From the human T2T-CHM13v2.0 reference genome, Homo sapiens, in NCBI RefSeq assembly GCF_009914755.1, contig NC_060926.1: 64,000 nt of DNA; one strand, written 5' to 3'. Below are positions 14,335 through 30,809 of the stretch, piece by piece (within the stretch, counting starts at the first letter, position 1; each line of letters begins with the position of its first letter). Made by a program: the position numbers and the translations under genes. A model generated the notes under the pieces. That model did not search any database. It was not told where the DNA came from and saw only the letters and a program-made list of their open reading frames with translations.

Positions 14335-15290
14335 TGATTTTTAGCAGGTGTTTACATAATATAAAAGTAACCATTTTAAAGTGACCAATTCAGTGGCATT
14401 TAGTGCATTTGAGGTAGGGAAACTGGCAGGACTTGTTTCTGGTGATAACCCTGCTGACCAAAACAATATTTGACCCGGAAAGTATAAAGTGAAGAAACTG
14501 ACAGGAACCAGCAGATGGTGACAAAAGTGATCTCTAGCTGCCCTCATTGCTCATTGACATAAGACACTCCCACCAACACCATGACAATTTATGAATGCCA
14601 TGGCAACCACCCCAAAGTTACTGCCCCTTTTGTAGAAAGTTCTAAGTAATTCACACCTTAATTTGGATTGCTCAGCCCGTTAATCTGCATGTAACTGAAA
14701 GTGAGTTTACATGATATAAATGCAGTTGCCAAGAGCCTGCACATTGTTGACTCTGAGAGCACAGCCTATGAGTTAATCCTGCTCCTCAAGAAGCAATACT
14801 GTTTAATAAAAGATAGCCGCCTAACACCACCAGCTTACCCTTGAATTTTTTTCCTTGGCAAAGCCAAGAACCCTCTTGGGCTAAGCCCCAAATATGGGGC
14901 TCACAATCCCAGTAGAGTGAGCTTTAAAATTTCCTCTGTGTGGCAGTTGTGTTTATTTTAAAACTGTCTTGCATCACATTCATAATGTTGTGCAACTGTC
15001 ACGTATATCTAATTCTAAAACATTTTCATCTCACTAAGAAAAAACTCTGTACCCACTAAGCAGTTGCTCCCCATTGCTCCTCCCCTTAACTCCTTAGCAA
15101 CGATCTTGTTTTTTGTCTTTATGGATTTACCTAATCTAGACATTTCATAGAAATGGAATCACATAATATGTGAACTTTTGTGACTGATGTCTTTCACTTA
15201 ACATGATTTCAGTGTTCATTCGTGTGACATTTCTCAGTACTTCATTTATTTTTATGGCTGAATAAACAAAACATCATGTATTTATATCAC
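14335..15290 (-). mobile_element. L1MB-type 3' UTR, interrupted by a MER41 LTR
   Basis: 'aattcagtggcatttagtgcatt|cattcataatgttgtgcaac' continuous across the LTR insertion. Confidence 0.8.
14410..14976 (+). mobile_element. MER41-family ERV1 solo LTR (MER41D/E-like)
   Basis: TG...CA ends; 4-bp TSD catt (14406-09, 14977-80); 'ataagacactcccacc', 'gccatggcaac', aataaa, 'gggctaagcccc'. Confidence 0.8.
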
Positions 15291-15309
15291 TTATAATATA
15301 TAATTAAAC

Positions 15310-16716
<1,407 letters not shown>

Positions 16717-16719
16717 AAT

Positions 16720-17015
16720 GCCAATTATCCTTAAGTGATCTTTAAATACAGTTCAATCTCCAATCAAAATTGGGTGAGCCTTTTAAAAAAAGAGATTGAC
16801 AAGCTGATTCTGAAATTTACACAGTGAATCCAAAGGTGTAGAATAACACAATGAAAGAGAAAAACAATGCTGGAAAACTTGCCTTACATGATTACCAGCC
16901 TTACAATAAAGTTACAGTAATCTAAACTGTATATTGGCATAAGGATAGCAAATAGATCCATGAAACAAAAGGGTACCCAGAATTATACCTGCACTTACAT
17001 GGTCAATTGTTTTTT
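16720..17015 (+). mobile_element. old L1M ORF2 fragment
   Basis: 'attgacaagctgattctgaaattt...tattggcataaggatag'. Confidence 0.75.
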
Positions 17016-17530
17016 TAAATAAATGATTTGAGATAATTTTAGATTCACATGCAGCTGTGAAAAATATCTTTGGTAACTTTCCCTCAGTTTCTCCCTCTGC
17101 TAGCATCTTGCATAGCTATGATATCATATTAAACCAGAAAATTGACCATGATACAATCAACTAAACTTATTCACCTTTTCACCATTTTATATGCCCTAAT
17201 TTGTGGGTATTTGTATATTTAGTTCCAAGAAATTTTAGCGTATGTGCACATTTGTGTAACGGCTATCACAGTTAACATACAGAACAGTTACATCACAACA
17301 AAATTCCTCATGCTATTTTTTAGAAGCCACTTTTCTACCTAACTACTGTTCCCGTCTTGAACCACTAGCTAACAAGTAATTATTTTTTGATCTCTAGAAT
17401 TTTGTTATTTCAAGAATGTTGTATAAGACAAATAATGCAGTATAAACTATAATAACCTTTTATGGTTGGATTTTTTTTCACTAGGCACAATGCAGTTAAG
17501 ATCCATTCAAATAGCTGCATGTATCAATAA
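17016..17530 (-). mobile_element. L1MC/MD-type 3' UTR
   Basis: 'ttgagataattttagattcacatgcag...ccagaaaattgaccatgatacaatc'. Confidence 0.7.
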
Positions 17531-18004
17531 TTTGAATAAGATTTCCAAATATATTGGGCATTGATGGTTTCCAAATTACAAACCACAATCATACGTTTTC
17601 ATTTCATAAGATTAAGGATTAAAATACTGCTGGATGAAGATTACATCAGGGGACTGTTATGTAAGAATGGTCAAGTAACATTATTTCTAATGACTTAATA
17701 ATTGCTAAAGATTATTTTTTGGCGTATTCAAATTTTAAGTCATGGCACTGTAAGATTCAATAAACTAGGTGAAAGGTCTGAGAATTCTTCAGCAAATTTA
17801 GCAGAAGCTGCAATTGTTCTCAGGAAGAATAATATCCTTTGCATATTGGATCAATAGGCAGACTATAAGAATTGGTCTTGAGTAAATGCCTCTAGAACAT
17901 GATCTAGGCTGAACTTTCATAGACATAGCGTTTTTCGTATTATATATTTTTTATGAATGATATGTTTCCTAATTTCCTCCAACACACAAATTGTTATTTT
18001 TAAT

Positions 18005-19590
18005 AAGCTTTGATTTTTTAGTTTTAGGTTCATAGTAAAATTGAATGGAAGGGGCAGAGATTTTTTTTAAATTTTACTTTAAGTTCCAGGATACATGTGT
18101 GTACACCCCCTAATCCTTAAATGCATAACCTATCCCATTGTCAACATCTCCTACCAGAATGGTACATTTATTACCATAGCTGACACATCACTATCACTCA
18201 GAGACCATAGTTTGCACCATGGTTTACTCTCAGTGTTGTATATTTGGTAGGTTTAGACAAATTTATAGTGACCACAATTGTTGTATCAATCAGTCATTTA
18301 ATTGCTCCCCAAATCCTTTACACTCTGCCTATTCATTCCTCCCTTCCCCCAATCTCTAGTAAGCACCGATCATTTTACTGTCTCCATTGTTTTGCCTTTT
18401 CCAGAATGTTATCTAGATGAAATCATTCATTATGTAGTTTTTTTCAGTTAGCAGTATGCATGTATATAGTTTCTTTCACTCAGTAATATGTATTTGAGTT
18501 CCCTCCATGTCTTTTTGTGGCTTGATTACGAATTTCTTTTTAGAGCTAAATAATATTCCATTATCTGGATGTACTGCAATTTATCCATTCAACTACTAAA
18601 GGACAGCTTGGTTGCTTCCAACTTTTGGCAATTATAAACAAAACTTCTATAAGTTTCCTTATGCAGGTTTTTGTATGGACATAAGTCCATGCATAGTTTT
18701 TCAACTCCTTCTGGTAAATATTGTAGAGTGCAGTTGCTGGGTCATATGGTAAGAATATGTTTAGTTTTGTAAGTAATCTTCAAACTGTCTCCCAAAGTGG
18801 CTGTACCAGTTTGCATTCCCAGTGGCAATGAATGATATTGCCTATTGGTTTTACATCCTCTCATCATTTGGTTTTGTCAGTGTTTTAAATTTTGGCCACT
18901 TTAACAGGTGTGCAGTGGTATCTTACTCTTGTTTTACTTTGCATTTTGCTGATGACAAGATACGGAGCGTCTTCCCATATGCTTATTTTATATATCTCTT
19001 TGGTGAGGTGTCTGTTAAGGTCTCACGTCCATTTTAAAATCAGTTTGTCTGTTTTCTGATTGCTGAGTTTTAAGAGTCATTTGTATGTTTTGGATAACAG
19101 TCTTTTATCAGATATGACTGTTGCAAATATTTTCTCCCATTATGTGGATTGTCTTTTCATGCTCTTGAAAATGTCTCTTGTAGTGCAGATATTTTTATTT
19201 TAATGAAGTCCAGCTTATTGTTTTCTTTATGAATCATGCCTTTGATATTGTATCTAGAAATTTACTGCCAAATACAAGCACTTGTTCATTGTACTATATA
19301 GGAAATTGACTAACTTTTGTATATTAATCTTGCATCTAACAACTTGGCTATAATTGTGTATAAGTTGAAAACATTTGTGTAGTTTATTTCAGATTTTCTA
19401 CAAAGGTAATTATGTATTTTATTTCTTCCTTTCCAACCTATATCCATTTTATTTATTTTTATTTCCTTTTTTTCTATTATTACATTAGTTAAGGCTTCTA
19501 GTATGATATAAAAAAATGAGTGGTGAGAAGGGACAGCTTTGTCTTGTTTCTGATCTTAGTGGGAAAGCTTTGAGTTTCTCACCATTAAAT
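18005..19590 (-). mobile_element. L1MC1/2-like 3' end and ORF2 remnants
   Basis: 'ttttaggttcatagtaaaattgaatggaagg', 'accagaatggtacattt', 'ccaaagtggctgtacca'. Confidence 0.82.
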
Positions 19591-20182
19591 CAATGTTTTT
19601 CATAATGTGGAAGACATAATTCATGTGATTTTGAGGTGGCATTGTGAAGTAATTGAAGGCAGTGTTGATTTCTGAGTTCCATGGAACAAAACATATATGG
19701 GTCTCATTAGTTCAGATAAGTTTTAAACTTATTGTCTACAACACTTGATCTTAGATATTTTCTATACTGTCTTTTAAAAAAATGTTTGTATAATTTTGAA
19801 TATTCATAGGTTTGTCTTTATATAATTTTTTCCAATATGTGTCAAATAATGAACTGCTTTTAAAATACTAAAATTTTTCCTCAGAAACTTAGCCAATTCA
19901 ATCAACAAATGTATAGAATCCATTTTAGAACTGTCCAAATATGTATAACTTGGAAAGATTGAAGTATCAGCTTGAAATAGACACAGAAGGAAACTTTATA
20001 ATTTCAGAGTTCTAACTTAAAGCCTGAAAGAAATAAGATGTCCCTTGGTAAAGCCTTGAACCATTACTGTCTATCTATATAATAACTTTTCCCAAGGCAA
20101 ATATTGACTATCTGTATACAATAAGAAACCAAAAAATGTCAATTGCATGTATTACTATGGAGAATTTTGTAGAAGAGACTAG

Positions 20183-20527
<345 letters not shown>

Positions 20528-22099
20528 TGCTTGCAAATCTTGAACAAACATATAACTTTATAATTTGGTTACTGGTAAAATAAGTATTATACACACAAGT
20601 ACTAGGGATGATTATTTTCTTTTCTATTAAAATAGTCAGGATAGATCTGTGTACTCCTCAAGTTAAAACATGAGGAGAAAGATTATGCAACTTGTTACTT
20701 GAGAAAGTAACAAACTTGTTACTGACAAAGATTATATAATAACTAAAAATATCAACCTGAATGCTAACTTGTTTAACTTATATTTTTAACAATATTAATA
20801 CATTCGTTTGTTCATAAATATTTTGTAAGATTATCTAATTCTCAATTGCTGATCAAAGATTTTCTAATATTTACTTTAGGAAAACAAACATTAAAATATC
20901 AGCTATAAAATAATTAAAGGTATAACATATTCTGGGAACTCTGTTCACAGTCTTTCAGTTAAACATTTTTTGGCAGTTTTAGTTATACAGTAAATCTCTG
21001 TGTATAAATTTGATAATAAATTTGATAGGGTAGTTTCTTAAAAGATGAAGTACTCTGGAGATAATGGTCACAGCAGGACAGTTAAAGATTTATACATAAA
21101 GATAGAGTTGAAATTATTAGAAATTCATACTATTCAAGTGAGAGTAGAACAAGGGATCTGCCTTTTTAGAATAGTGAAATTTGTGATTGAAACAATGGCT
21201 ACCATATCTACAAGAAAATGCCATTTTTGTTGAGTAATTTCTTGGAAGTTAAAGGGATAGGCAGTTATTGAATGCTAAATGTCTTCTTCAAGGCAGCATC
21301 ATTGAGTAGGTTTGGGGGAATTGGCACATTTTTGTGCTAATATTGATACTAGCTGTCTCAATAAACTGTTTCATTACAGAGTCTGAAAGTAAACTTATCA
21401 ATAGGCCTTTAGGTCTTAGACAATGTAGAAATTTTGGATTATTTTTCTATGGGGGATCAGTTATTTATTTGAGAGGCCATATGTTTGTCTTAAATGCCAG
21501 TTTTTTAGGTCCCTTTGGAAATATCCTTTTACATGATAGAGATATACCAGATCTATAATTTTCCATCCCAATTTAGTCTTCTGACCAAATTCTCATTTAG
21601 GTCTTAGATGACTTACAAAAAGAGAGGATAAGGAACAATTTTTATCAGTTGCGACCAATCCAATGTAAAATCTAAAAATATCTTGAAGTCAGTTACTAAA
21701 GTCTTCTGGGGATTCATCTATTCCATATTTAAAGTTTGTATTTTATCAAATGATCTTTTAAATAAAAAACTTTATATATATATGTGTATATATACAGAGA
21801 GAGATTATACATACATATTATACATATAATGTTTTATATTATATATATACACATAAATATATAGTTTTGCCATCTGTTTCTTGTTCTCTAATCTCTGTTG
21901 AGAATTACATAGTTGGAATTCTTACTTTCTTTTGTTTTCCACACAGTGGGAAACAAAAAAGACTTCCACCATCTTTGTCCACTGAGGGACTCACACTTAA
22001 AAGGATAAATGAATAAAAGTCTTAGAGCCCTGGAATACAGGGGTTGAATGTGATTTGAACTTCAGTGGTAAACTTCTTATCTATCCTCTTGTTTTCTTT

Positions 22100-23588
<1,489 letters not shown>

Positions 23589-23589
23589 A

Positions 23590-24930
23590 AGTTAAGCAAA
23601 GGAAAATAGATAACTAGGTTTGATTAAAATTAAAACCCTTTGCTCACCAAAATATGCTGTTAATAAAAGAATACATAAGCAAGAATACATAAGCCACAAC
23701 TGGGAAACATATTTGCAAAATATCTCTCTAACAAAGAACCACTATTCACTATATACAAATTACTCCTATAACTCAATATTAAAATGACAAATAATCCAGT
23801 AAAAATGTGCAAAATATTTGAACACACACTTCACTTAAGAAGATGTATAAGTGATGAGCAAGATATGAGAAGTATCCAACTTCATTTAGTCATCAAGTAA
23901 ATGCAAGTTAAAAACATAATGATACATATGCATAACAGAATGGCTAAAATGAATAATATTAACACCAACAAATGTTGGCAAGGATATAAAACAATAAGTC
24001 TCTTACTTACTCTCATGCCTTGCTGATGGCAGTGCAAAATGATAACATCTTGCAAAATGTTCTGGGAATTCTTTCATATTTTATACAAAAATTAAAAAGG
24101 CACAGGCACTAGTTTTATGACCCAGAAATTTTACCTAGGTGCTTACCCCCCAATTACAAACTATGTCATCAAAAATATTGTATAACAATATTCACAGCAG
24201 CTTTATTTTAATATCCAAAATAGAATGGTACAGATGTCCATCCATAGGTGAATTGTGTTGACACACTAATGCAATAGAATCCTACACAGCAATAAAAAGG
24301 AACAAACCACTGATACACAGAATACCATACATAAATCTCAAACATATTACAGTAAGTGTAAGAAGTTTTACCCTAAAGAGAATAATCATATGGAAATATG
24401 CAATAAATAGGCAATATAAAGTATGCCAGGCAACCAAGACAGTAATTTTTTCAGTGGGATTAGGATTTGGATTGACTGTTAAGAAGGTATGAGGAAACAC
24501 TCTGAGAAGACGTCAATGCTCTGTGTGTTGATCGGGTTGGGATTCCACAGGATTTTGTATATATTTGTCAAAACTCAGTGAATGTACTCTTAAGATCTAT
24601 GCGTTTCATTGTATGTAAATTTGACATGTAAAACAACAAAAATATTAAGCAAATTTTCAATTCTATAGTTTATAAAATCCATGAGGAATTGTTTAGATAG
24701 AAGTATACTGATGTCTGCCACTTATTTTGAAAGATTTCAGAAACATTACTTCAAATGCATTAAAATATTAGATTAAGAGATGCATTGAAGGATGGTCAAG
24801 TAGATACATGTGTGAAAAAGCAAGAACAGTAAAATTTTAATGGTTGAAACTAGGAGGTATGTGAATATTCACTCTAAATTTCAACTTTGCTTAATATTTG
24901 AAAAATTTTATGATAAGATATTGGGAAAAA
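23590..24930 (+). mobile_element. old L1ME/MC ORF2 C-terminus and 3' UTR
   Basis: 'tttgaacacacacttcac', 'ttcacagcagctttatt', 'tttgtcaaaactcagtgaatgtac'. Confidence 0.72.
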
Positions 24931-27842
24931 ATAAAGAGGTAAGTTTCAATATTTATGAGGTGTTTGTTTGTTACATGGGTGCATATCGTAACCAACATTA
25001 CTGAATTGTAGTTTTAAGATGCTTGCATTTTACTTTTATATAAATTTTGTTTCAATGAAAAACAAGCCTTTAAATATTTGCTTTAATTTCTATTTGAACA
25101 AAGCATTTTAAATAAGAATACTATGTACTGAAGAACTAACTTAGGGAATTACTATAGTAAGATTTCCCTATGTTTGTATTTTCTATGTATATTTTTAAGT
25201 AGGAAAAATGTTAATATCATGATGCCAAAATGTGTAGAATATTGCACATTTACTAGATCCTTTCTTAAAGACTTAACATTTAGTCCATGATATTGAAATA
25301 TTTAACAAAATAAACATTTATCTAGAATACAGGGCACAATGAGAAGTAAAATGAATAAAGGCTTGGATTTTTGGTATCAAGTAACTTACATTCTATTGGT
25401 TAGCTTAGAATGTAATGGTAAAGCTGATAGTCTTTGATATGTAGTTCCTGGTAAGAATAGTTCCAGGCACTTTAAGATTAATTTCAAGGTAACAATCCAT
25501 GGGATGATGAAATACACTAACTTCACTGATTTTGTTTATGATGATCTACAAGGAATACATTTGTCTAGCAAAGAAATAAATTTTTAAATGTTCATATCAT
25601 CTTGCTTAGAATTAATCCCATGAAAAATGCAAAACAAAGTTTGTTTCACTAGGGAGATCTGTATGACTTAATGTCATTCACAGATAACAGGTCTGTTCAT
25701 AATAGTTGTTTTGAGAACTTCTCACTATGATTTTTTAAATACTGCCTTTCTTCAAGGGAGTGCTATCAACCTGGGATTTCTGGTTGTGTGCTCTTACCTC
25801 TAAGGGCACATGAAACCGTCCTAGTATAAACACAACATTCTGTCTATATACTCAACTTCACTGCAAGCTGAATAATTTAACATACTCTATTTATTTTTAG
25901 AAAACAGAAATACATTATGGAATAGAAAGCAAATTTCCAGGAAGTTTTAAAATAAAATATGTGACTTCAAAGACACTTGTTTGTGCTGGGCTGCTTCAGA
26001 CTCTGCCCTGGGTCTCCCTGAAGGCACACACAATCTGCTATGCTTTGGGGGACACGTTGATGGAAAAAGAGAAAATCTGCAACTGCAATACAATACCAAG
26101 AATGGAATTATGTGGAACTCTACTGGTATAGATTTCATCTTAGCAGGTACAGTTTGGTGAAAAAAGACACTTTTCTTCTCAGTCTCAGACTGTGCTTCTG
26201 TAGGGGCCCTTTGACGTTAAACTTAATGATTGTAGTTAAAACCATCCAGGGAAGTGTTTAACATCTAGTTCCAAATAACAGGCACAGAAATCTGTTAGAG
26301 ATCATGAAATGTCATTGTGGCTCTGTCAAAGAATACATATAGCTCAGCAAGAGAATCTGAAATAATTTCAGGATGTACAGATAGAATAATTACTTCTGAA
26401 GGGAAGAGCTATGCAAAAAATATTTAAATAGGTTGGAAAGGTTTTACTCTCTAATCTTCAAAAGTATAATTCCTGAGATCATGTATTAGAATATCAAACT
26501 AAACTTGGTGACAGTTCTGAAGAACCAAGCTATTTCACCTGTTCCACCTTTATGTGAAATGTGTCCAGTTGAGGCAAGGGTGTACTAGCCAGTAAGGATA
26601 ATTGAATGCATTTTTATCCAAACAGTTGTGTTTAAATTCAGAGAGTAAAATCTAAAGAAGTCAAAATGTAGTTTTTACCTTTGGGATATAACTCTGAGAG
26701 GAAAAATACCGGTAGTAGAAACAGATTCTTAAAGTTTCTAATATTTAAGGACTGGGTGATAAAAGCAGAGTTAAACAAAGAATCAAAGAATAAGCTACCC
26801 AGATGCCCAGAAGAGAGCAAGCATAATGAGGTATCATGGAAAACACATAAATGTTCCCAGAATTTAGGAAAAGAAATAAGAGAAGGTCATACATTCCAAG
26901 AACTAGAGAGGTGTTAAGGAGAAAGATGGCTGAGAAAGAACCACTGGATTCTGTAAACACAACCTACTACTGACTTGGGCAAGAAGAGGCTGTTGATTCA
27001 CAAATCATTTGTTAATTCATCTCATATTCAGAACTTTGCTCTTCGGGTATTGGAATTATGCATAGAACTATCATTCCTAAATCATTAGTTTGTAAGAGCA
27101 CTATTATTGTCCAAGAGCTTACTCTAAGCTCCATGCATAGAAAAAAGGTAAGAGAACAGATATATTCTGTTCTTTGTTTAATATTTTAATTCCTCATAAT
27201 TGAATTTAAGCATGCATCACACAACAACAAATAATTTGGGGAAAGACAGTTCTAGATTTTTCTTTTTTAACCAACCGGCTGACACATCCAAGATATCATT
27301 AGAACCATAATATTTTACCTGTTCCACCAGTTATGAAATGTGTGCAGTTGAGGCAAGGGCGAACTGACAAGATAAGAAAATAATAATTAAATGCATTTTT
27401 GTCCAAACAGTTTGTATTTATATCCAGAATGTGGAAGCTATAAATCTAAAGAAGTCAAAAATGCAGTTTTTATCTTTGGGATATATATCCCAAACTCTGT
27501 CTATACCAGCAACTATAAAAATAAATAATGTATCAAAACATTGTAATCATTCTAATAAAAAAGATAAGCCTGGAGAAAATAGGTTTCCCTACAAGCCTTC
27601 TATACAACATAAGCCTTGTTATGCCTGTATTTAGTTACAACAATGGAATATAGTGAGGTCTAGAAATTTTTCTTCAAAATTGCTCTCGACTTCTTTGGAA
27701 ACTAAAACAATTTCTCATTTTCTTAAGGCCTTGTGATCAATCTAGGCCCTGACAATGACACTACTATGTGTTATGATAGCTGAGGACCAACTGCTTTCTT
27801 ATTCTGTGCTTTCATTCACAGTTCTAAGCAAACACCCTGGTA

Positions 27843-28020
27843 TTCCTTCCTTTTTTCCTTTCCTTCTTTCCTCCCTCCCTCTGTTCCTTCCTCCCTCCCT
27901 CCTTCCCTCCTTCCTTCCTTCCTTCCTTATTATTCTTTTTTCTTCTTTCTCCCTCCTTCCCTTCCTCCCTTCTCTCGTCCTTATTTATCTCCTTTCTTTT
28001 TCTCTTTCATCCTTCCTTTC
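27843..28020. repeat. CT-rich low-complexity / (CCTT)n
   Basis: polypyrimidine tract. Confidence 0.9.
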
Positions 28021-30809
28021 TTTAGTAAAGCTACTACATATTTAATAAATATTTAGAAAGTGCTAATTTCATTGTCAAAGGCCCATAAGGAAAAAAATAA
28101 TAATGAAAACATTACAAAATTCACTAATAAAATTTTCCCAATTTTCTCAACCTGTATTCTGATTTAGCTGGGCTTTATGTGGGTTTTGTTGCAACGGACC
28201 AAAGGTAGGTGACAATTGATTTCTTGTATATTCCCTTGTATACCCACTTTAAGTTTAAATCCAGCCATTTAAAAATGAAATGTGTCATCATTTTTATATA
28301 ATTCAAACTGCTTTTGTTAAACAGGGCTTACCACTCTGGATTAACATTTACTTCCTTTATTTTCACTATTCAATATTATTCAAATACTATACACATTTCT
28401 AGTTTCTCCTTACCTCTTCTATGTTTCTGCTCTTTTTCTTAAGGCATAGCCTTAGGAAAAAGAAATGTCTCCCCAATTTGAACACCTTAACTTTGTGTTT
28501 ACTATCTGTTCCCAAGTAATTGAAAATAAGAAATAGAAATGCTACTTAAAAACAAACCAAACGAAAAAACCATGATTCCACTAGAGTAGTTACAGTCTTT
28601 CCCTGGAAGTCTCCATGCTGAATCAGAATGACCCCTACTTCAGAATGCTAAAGACGTAGAAGAGTCAGAAATGATATCTGCATAGAACAGAGATTTGAGT
28701 TTGATGCTCTTTCAGATATTTTTCTCACCTTAGGTTGTCTGATTTTATTTCTACACCTTTATGTCCCTTAACTCTTCTACATGAACTCGGTTATCTTTCT
28801 CAGAGTCTGAAACTCATTATTTCCTGAATATGTCTGTGCCTTTCTGCTTCCATGCATTTCCTGAAACTTGGCACTTCCCAAAACTTGGCACCTCTACCAG
28901 AAAAGCCTTTTGACGTCACTCTTCAATTGTCCATGCCCCTGCTATAATTGCAGGAATGTGAAGGAGGCTGTTACCCATAAGAAAAACCAAGCATTCTAGA
29001 CTGCAAAAAATCAGCTTACTAACCTTAATAAACTGGATGGGATACCCTTATAAACTGGTGAGATCTAGAAACTTGTCTATCAAAATTGCTCTTCTTTGGA
29101 AACAAAAAACAAAAACAACAATCGAGATCAGCTTATTAACCTTAATAAACTGGGTGGGATACCCTTAATAAACTGCTATCGCATCCAGTTTATCAAAGTT
29201 AATAAGCCGATCTTGCACTCTAGGGCATTGTCCTCCCTGCTTGTCTTATTTAATTCTTTTTGCTGTGAAAGAGACAGCAATGAATTAATTCCTACGTTCA
29301 ATGAAGAAAATGACTGCCTTCAAGCTTCGTTTCTTCCACAAATCCTTCAATGATGTGCCTGCCTTCCAAAAAATTGGCAGTAAATGCCAACCTTAGCTCT
29401 TTAGTAGCAGGATCATTGCATGAATAATGGGTGGGGGAGAAAAATAAGCATGTAGGGTGATATAAGACATGTGATTCTTCTTCATCACTGCCTCTCATCC
29501 AGTGGGCTACTGGCCCCAGTTACTGCCTCAGCAGTAGTGCACTTAATTCAGCATTCATATTATTTTTATTGAATATAAATAACTAATTCAGGCTCTCTGA
29601 ATGGTAAATTGAACACGTGTATTAGTTCATACTCCTTTCATACTTTATTATAGTTAGCTTAATCACACACAAAATTTATTTCATAAATCGTCTTTTAATG
29701 AACCTTATCAAGACTTACACTGACCATCCATAACTTGCTTCAAATTTTTTATTTGTCTTATACTACCTCTTTCTTAAATATTCAATTAAATTGTAGGAAA
29801 GAATTTACTATATAAGATCCTTCCTCATACAAAATTACTCTTTCTTCAAATCCTTCCTTGCAAAAAAAAATATATTTTCTATTCATAACTTTATGTCTCT
29901 CTTCTATTCATTGGTTCCCTCATATTTTGAACCTCCCTTTTAATAACTTCTGAATTAGACAAAAGTTTTTTTATTCCAATAAAGAATACATCTTCTTTGA
30001 CACATTTTATATAAACCTAGGAAAGAAGTCCTGAACTTCCCACCAGACATTGGTATTCTATAGATGAGAACCATTTTGTAATTTTAAGATTTTTACTATA
30101 CAAAAAGCTCACTGTTTACATGTATTCCATTCACATATATTTAATTTTTTTCAGTTTTACCTAGACCACCTACAAGAAGCAAGATAGTACGCAAACTAGT
30201 CACCATTTAAAGTCATTTTAACCATGTTAAAGCCCATGAACATCAGTGATTTACATAGGTGAAAATCTTAAAGTTAAATTTTAGAAGATACAACACTCTC
30301 TTCAAACTAATAAGTTTAGACTAGTCTTGTTCAATTTATGAGTGATAATTTAAAAGCCATTTAACAACCTGCTAGACACAATGTGCATCACAATATCTGC
30401 ATATACACCTAAACAAATAAATCAAATAAAACCCCCTATAAATAACAACTGATTTCAAGTTATTTACAAAATTGAGATTCATCTACCTGTCCAAATCATG
30501 TTTGTCCCAGTAGGTATGGAAGACAGAGGCAGAGAAGGGGGTCCTATAACATCAAATAAGGAAGGAAGCAGGTGAACGGTATTGCTCAAAGGGAGATTCT
30601 GGAGTTCCTGAGCCACTGCAGAAGTCACCCAACAGTGGTGACACTGAACAAAAATATTCAAGTGGCCACTTGTCTTCCACTGTGGAAAGCCGTTTGTCAT
30701 GTCAAGGGTCAGAGACCCCAGTAAACTTACTTGAGCAAGGCAACTCTCTGGGCTAGTGAAGATGGTTAACTCTAGAATTGATGGGGTGCTTTTTTGGTCT
30801 CTCACCAGG

